A stretch of 64,000 nucleotides of DNA from a virus (taxonomy: Duplodnaviria; Caudoviricetes), in the IMG/VR virus record IMGVR_UViG_3300010429_000098, positions 2,281-66,280 of that record; one strand, written 5' to 3'. The notes under the pieces were generated by a model. The model was not told the DNA's origin, did not search any database, and saw only the letters and a list, made by a program, of their open reading frames with translations. Numbering within the stretch: the first letter of the stretch is position 1; each line of letters starts with the position of its first letter. Of the stretch, positions 62,496 to 64,000 are shown in pieces. A program made the translations under genes and the position numbers.

Positions 62496-63192
62496 CACAA
62501 AAATAGGCTCTCAAGAGTACTTTAATGAGTGGTTCGATTATGATGATGGCGCACTATATTGGAAGAAATGGCCCGGTTCGAACCAGATAAAAATCGGTGA
62601 TCGCGCTGGCTCGAAGAATGGCACAGGATATAGAAGCATTCGCTTGCAGGGAATACATTACCAAGAGCATAGGGTTATTTGGATAATGCACAATGGTGAT
62701 ATTCCTGAAGGAATGGAAATAGATCATATCAATCGCATTTACGACTATAATTTTATAGATAATCTACGATTAGCTTCTCGCATGGATAATGTACAAAATA
62801 GCATTACCGTAATCAACTCTGTAAGTAGGTACTCGTGTGTGTATTGGCACAGCTCAGGTTGCTGGGATGCACATATCCAAAGAGATGGTAAGATTACATA
62901 TCTTGGGCATTATGACCTCGAAGAAGATGCTGCACGTGCAGTAAATATATTTTGTAGAGACAATAGTATAGCAAAATTTAATGACATTCCAGAACCGTTT
63001 AAAATTCCAAATCGACGCAATAATAGTGCCGAATTTAAAAGTTCGCAAAAAGGTGTGCAATGGAATAAAAAAGATAAAAAATGGCAAGTATATTTAAAAA
63101 TCGGCGGGACAAAAAAATATTTCGGATCTTATCGCACTGAATCAGAAGCCGTTATGCGTGCGATACAAATTACTACGGAATATAACTTATGA
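62488..63192 (+). CDS. Free-standing HNH homing endonuclease with two AP2-like domains
   Basis: EHRVIWIMHNGDIPEGMEIDHINRI..YN.IDNLR; DAARAVNIFCRDN shared with 44788-45339. Confidence 0.85.
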   Translation: MNNTKIGSQEYFNEWFDYDDGALYWKKWPGSNQIKIGDRAGSKNGTGYRSIRLQGIHYQEHRVIWIMHNGDIPEGMEIDHINRIYDYNFIDNLRLASRMDNVQNSITVINSVSRYSCVYWHSSGCWDAHIQRDGKITYLGHYDLEEDAARAVNIFCRDNSIAKFNDIPEPFKIPNRRNNSAEFKSSQKGVQWNKKDKKWQVYLKIGGTKKYFGSYRTESEAVMRAIQITTEYNL

Positions 63193-64000
63193 CTACATTG
63201 TTAGTGGACGGTGATGTGGTTGTACATTTAGCAGCAGATAAAAGAGTTAATGGCGTTACCCCGCTAGATATCATCAAGAGTAGATTTAAAGATCAATTAT
63301 GTCAACAAATGGGCGTTGAAGTGCCTGTACTCAGGCTCATCACGTTGGATGACATCGAGCTAGACGAAGAGCAGACAGCGGCGTTTACTGAAGAATGTTG
63401 GAAACGTTATAATGACATGATTGACGAGTTGGAGTTCAACTCAGGTGCTAAAGAAACTAGAATCGCCATGAAGGGCGAGACTAATTTCAGAGACGAGATA
63501 TTCCCACAGTATAAAGCTCATCGTAAGGTCGCAAAGAAGAAAAACGAATTCGTACCATTGATTCGCGATAGAGCAGTTAGAGAAAAGAAAGCCACGTATG
63601 CTATTAACATGGAAGCTGATGATCTTCTAAGCATATGGGCAGCAGAATTGAAGACAGATTACATCATCGCATCTGTAGATAAAGACTTGTTGCAGATTCC
63701 CGGTAAGCATTATAGAATTCACAAGCGGGAACTTGTAGATATGAGTGTTGAAGATGCACTCAAATTCTACTATACTCAGTTGATCACCGGTGATATGACT
63801 GATGGTATTTACGGTATTAAAGGAATTGGTCCAGTAAAAGCTGATCGTCTGTTAAGTCAGGTTAATACTGAGAGTGAATACCAGGCTATTGTTAAGTTAG
63901 CATATCAACGTTGTTATGGAAAGAATTGGGCTAAAGAGCTTACATTGAATGGAAGATTGATATATCTACTAAAACATACTAATGATATTTTCGATCACAG
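63189..64000 (+). CDS. 5'-3' exonuclease (T7 gp6/RNase H-like), truncated by the window end
   Basis: LLVDGD, NFR..IFPQYKAHR, EADD, SVDKDLLQIPG.HY, GD.TDGI.GIKGIGPVKA; ATGA overlap with the HNH stop. Confidence 0.9.
   Translation, partial: MTTLLVDGDVVVHLAADKRVNGVTPLDIIKSRFKDQLCQQMGVEVPVLRLITLDDIELDEEQTAAFTEECWKRYNDMIDELEFNSGAKETRIAMKGETNFRDEIFPQYKAHRKVAKKKNEFVPLIRDRAVREKKATYAINMEADDLLSIWAAELKTDYIIASVDKDLLQIPGKHYRIHKRELVDMSVEDALKFYYTQLITGDMTDGIYGIKGIGPVKADRLLSQVNTESEYQAIVKLAYQRCYGKNWAKELTLNGRLIYLLKHTNDIFDH

Noticed and set aside
1-64000. Prophage/lysogeny module, group II intron or retron
   Set aside because: No integrase, repressor, att-like repeat or reverse transcriptase motif (YADD-type) was recognised.

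Overview
A 64-kb slice of a large lytic tailed dsDNA phage (siphovirus morphology, probably a Gram-negative host), with essentially all real genes on the + strand. Order: (1) 1-10.9 kb accessory virion/adhesin genes (Mtd_N-like, 24-aa LRR solenoid, tail-fibre-like, SPRY + ~9 Ig-like domains). (2) 10.9-42.9 kb head and tail morphogenesis (portal, scaffold, major capsid, neck, tail tube, lambda-type G/GT chaperones with a GGGAAAG slippery site, 3451-aa tape measure, 2243-aa tail tip). (3) 42.9-52.5 kb early-like accessory block (J-domain/kinase-like, vWA, PurA-like, Nudix, lipoprotein, run of tiny membrane proteins). (4) 52.6-64 kb transcription/replication (T7-like RNAP, SSB, family A DNA polymerase, 3 tRNAs, 5'-3' exonuclease). 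The main result: the minor head protein gene after the portal is split by two group I introns. Splicing at the sites read from P1 pairing gives one 1542-aa protein with a MuF/SPP1-gp7 domain fused to a complete T7-family RNA polymerase, a candidate virion-packaged RNAP. A second, conventional T7-like RNAP (751 aa after splicing) has a third group I intron in the same catalytic motif B. Also found: a thrice-repeated promoter-like motif (GCGG-N8-CCATCTTATA), a thrice-repeated hairpin with an invariant GTGACAG loop, ten HNH homing endonucleases, and a PurA-like enzyme that is not PurZ but has a remodelled substrate loop. All family assignments come from motif recognition by eye; no database searches were run.
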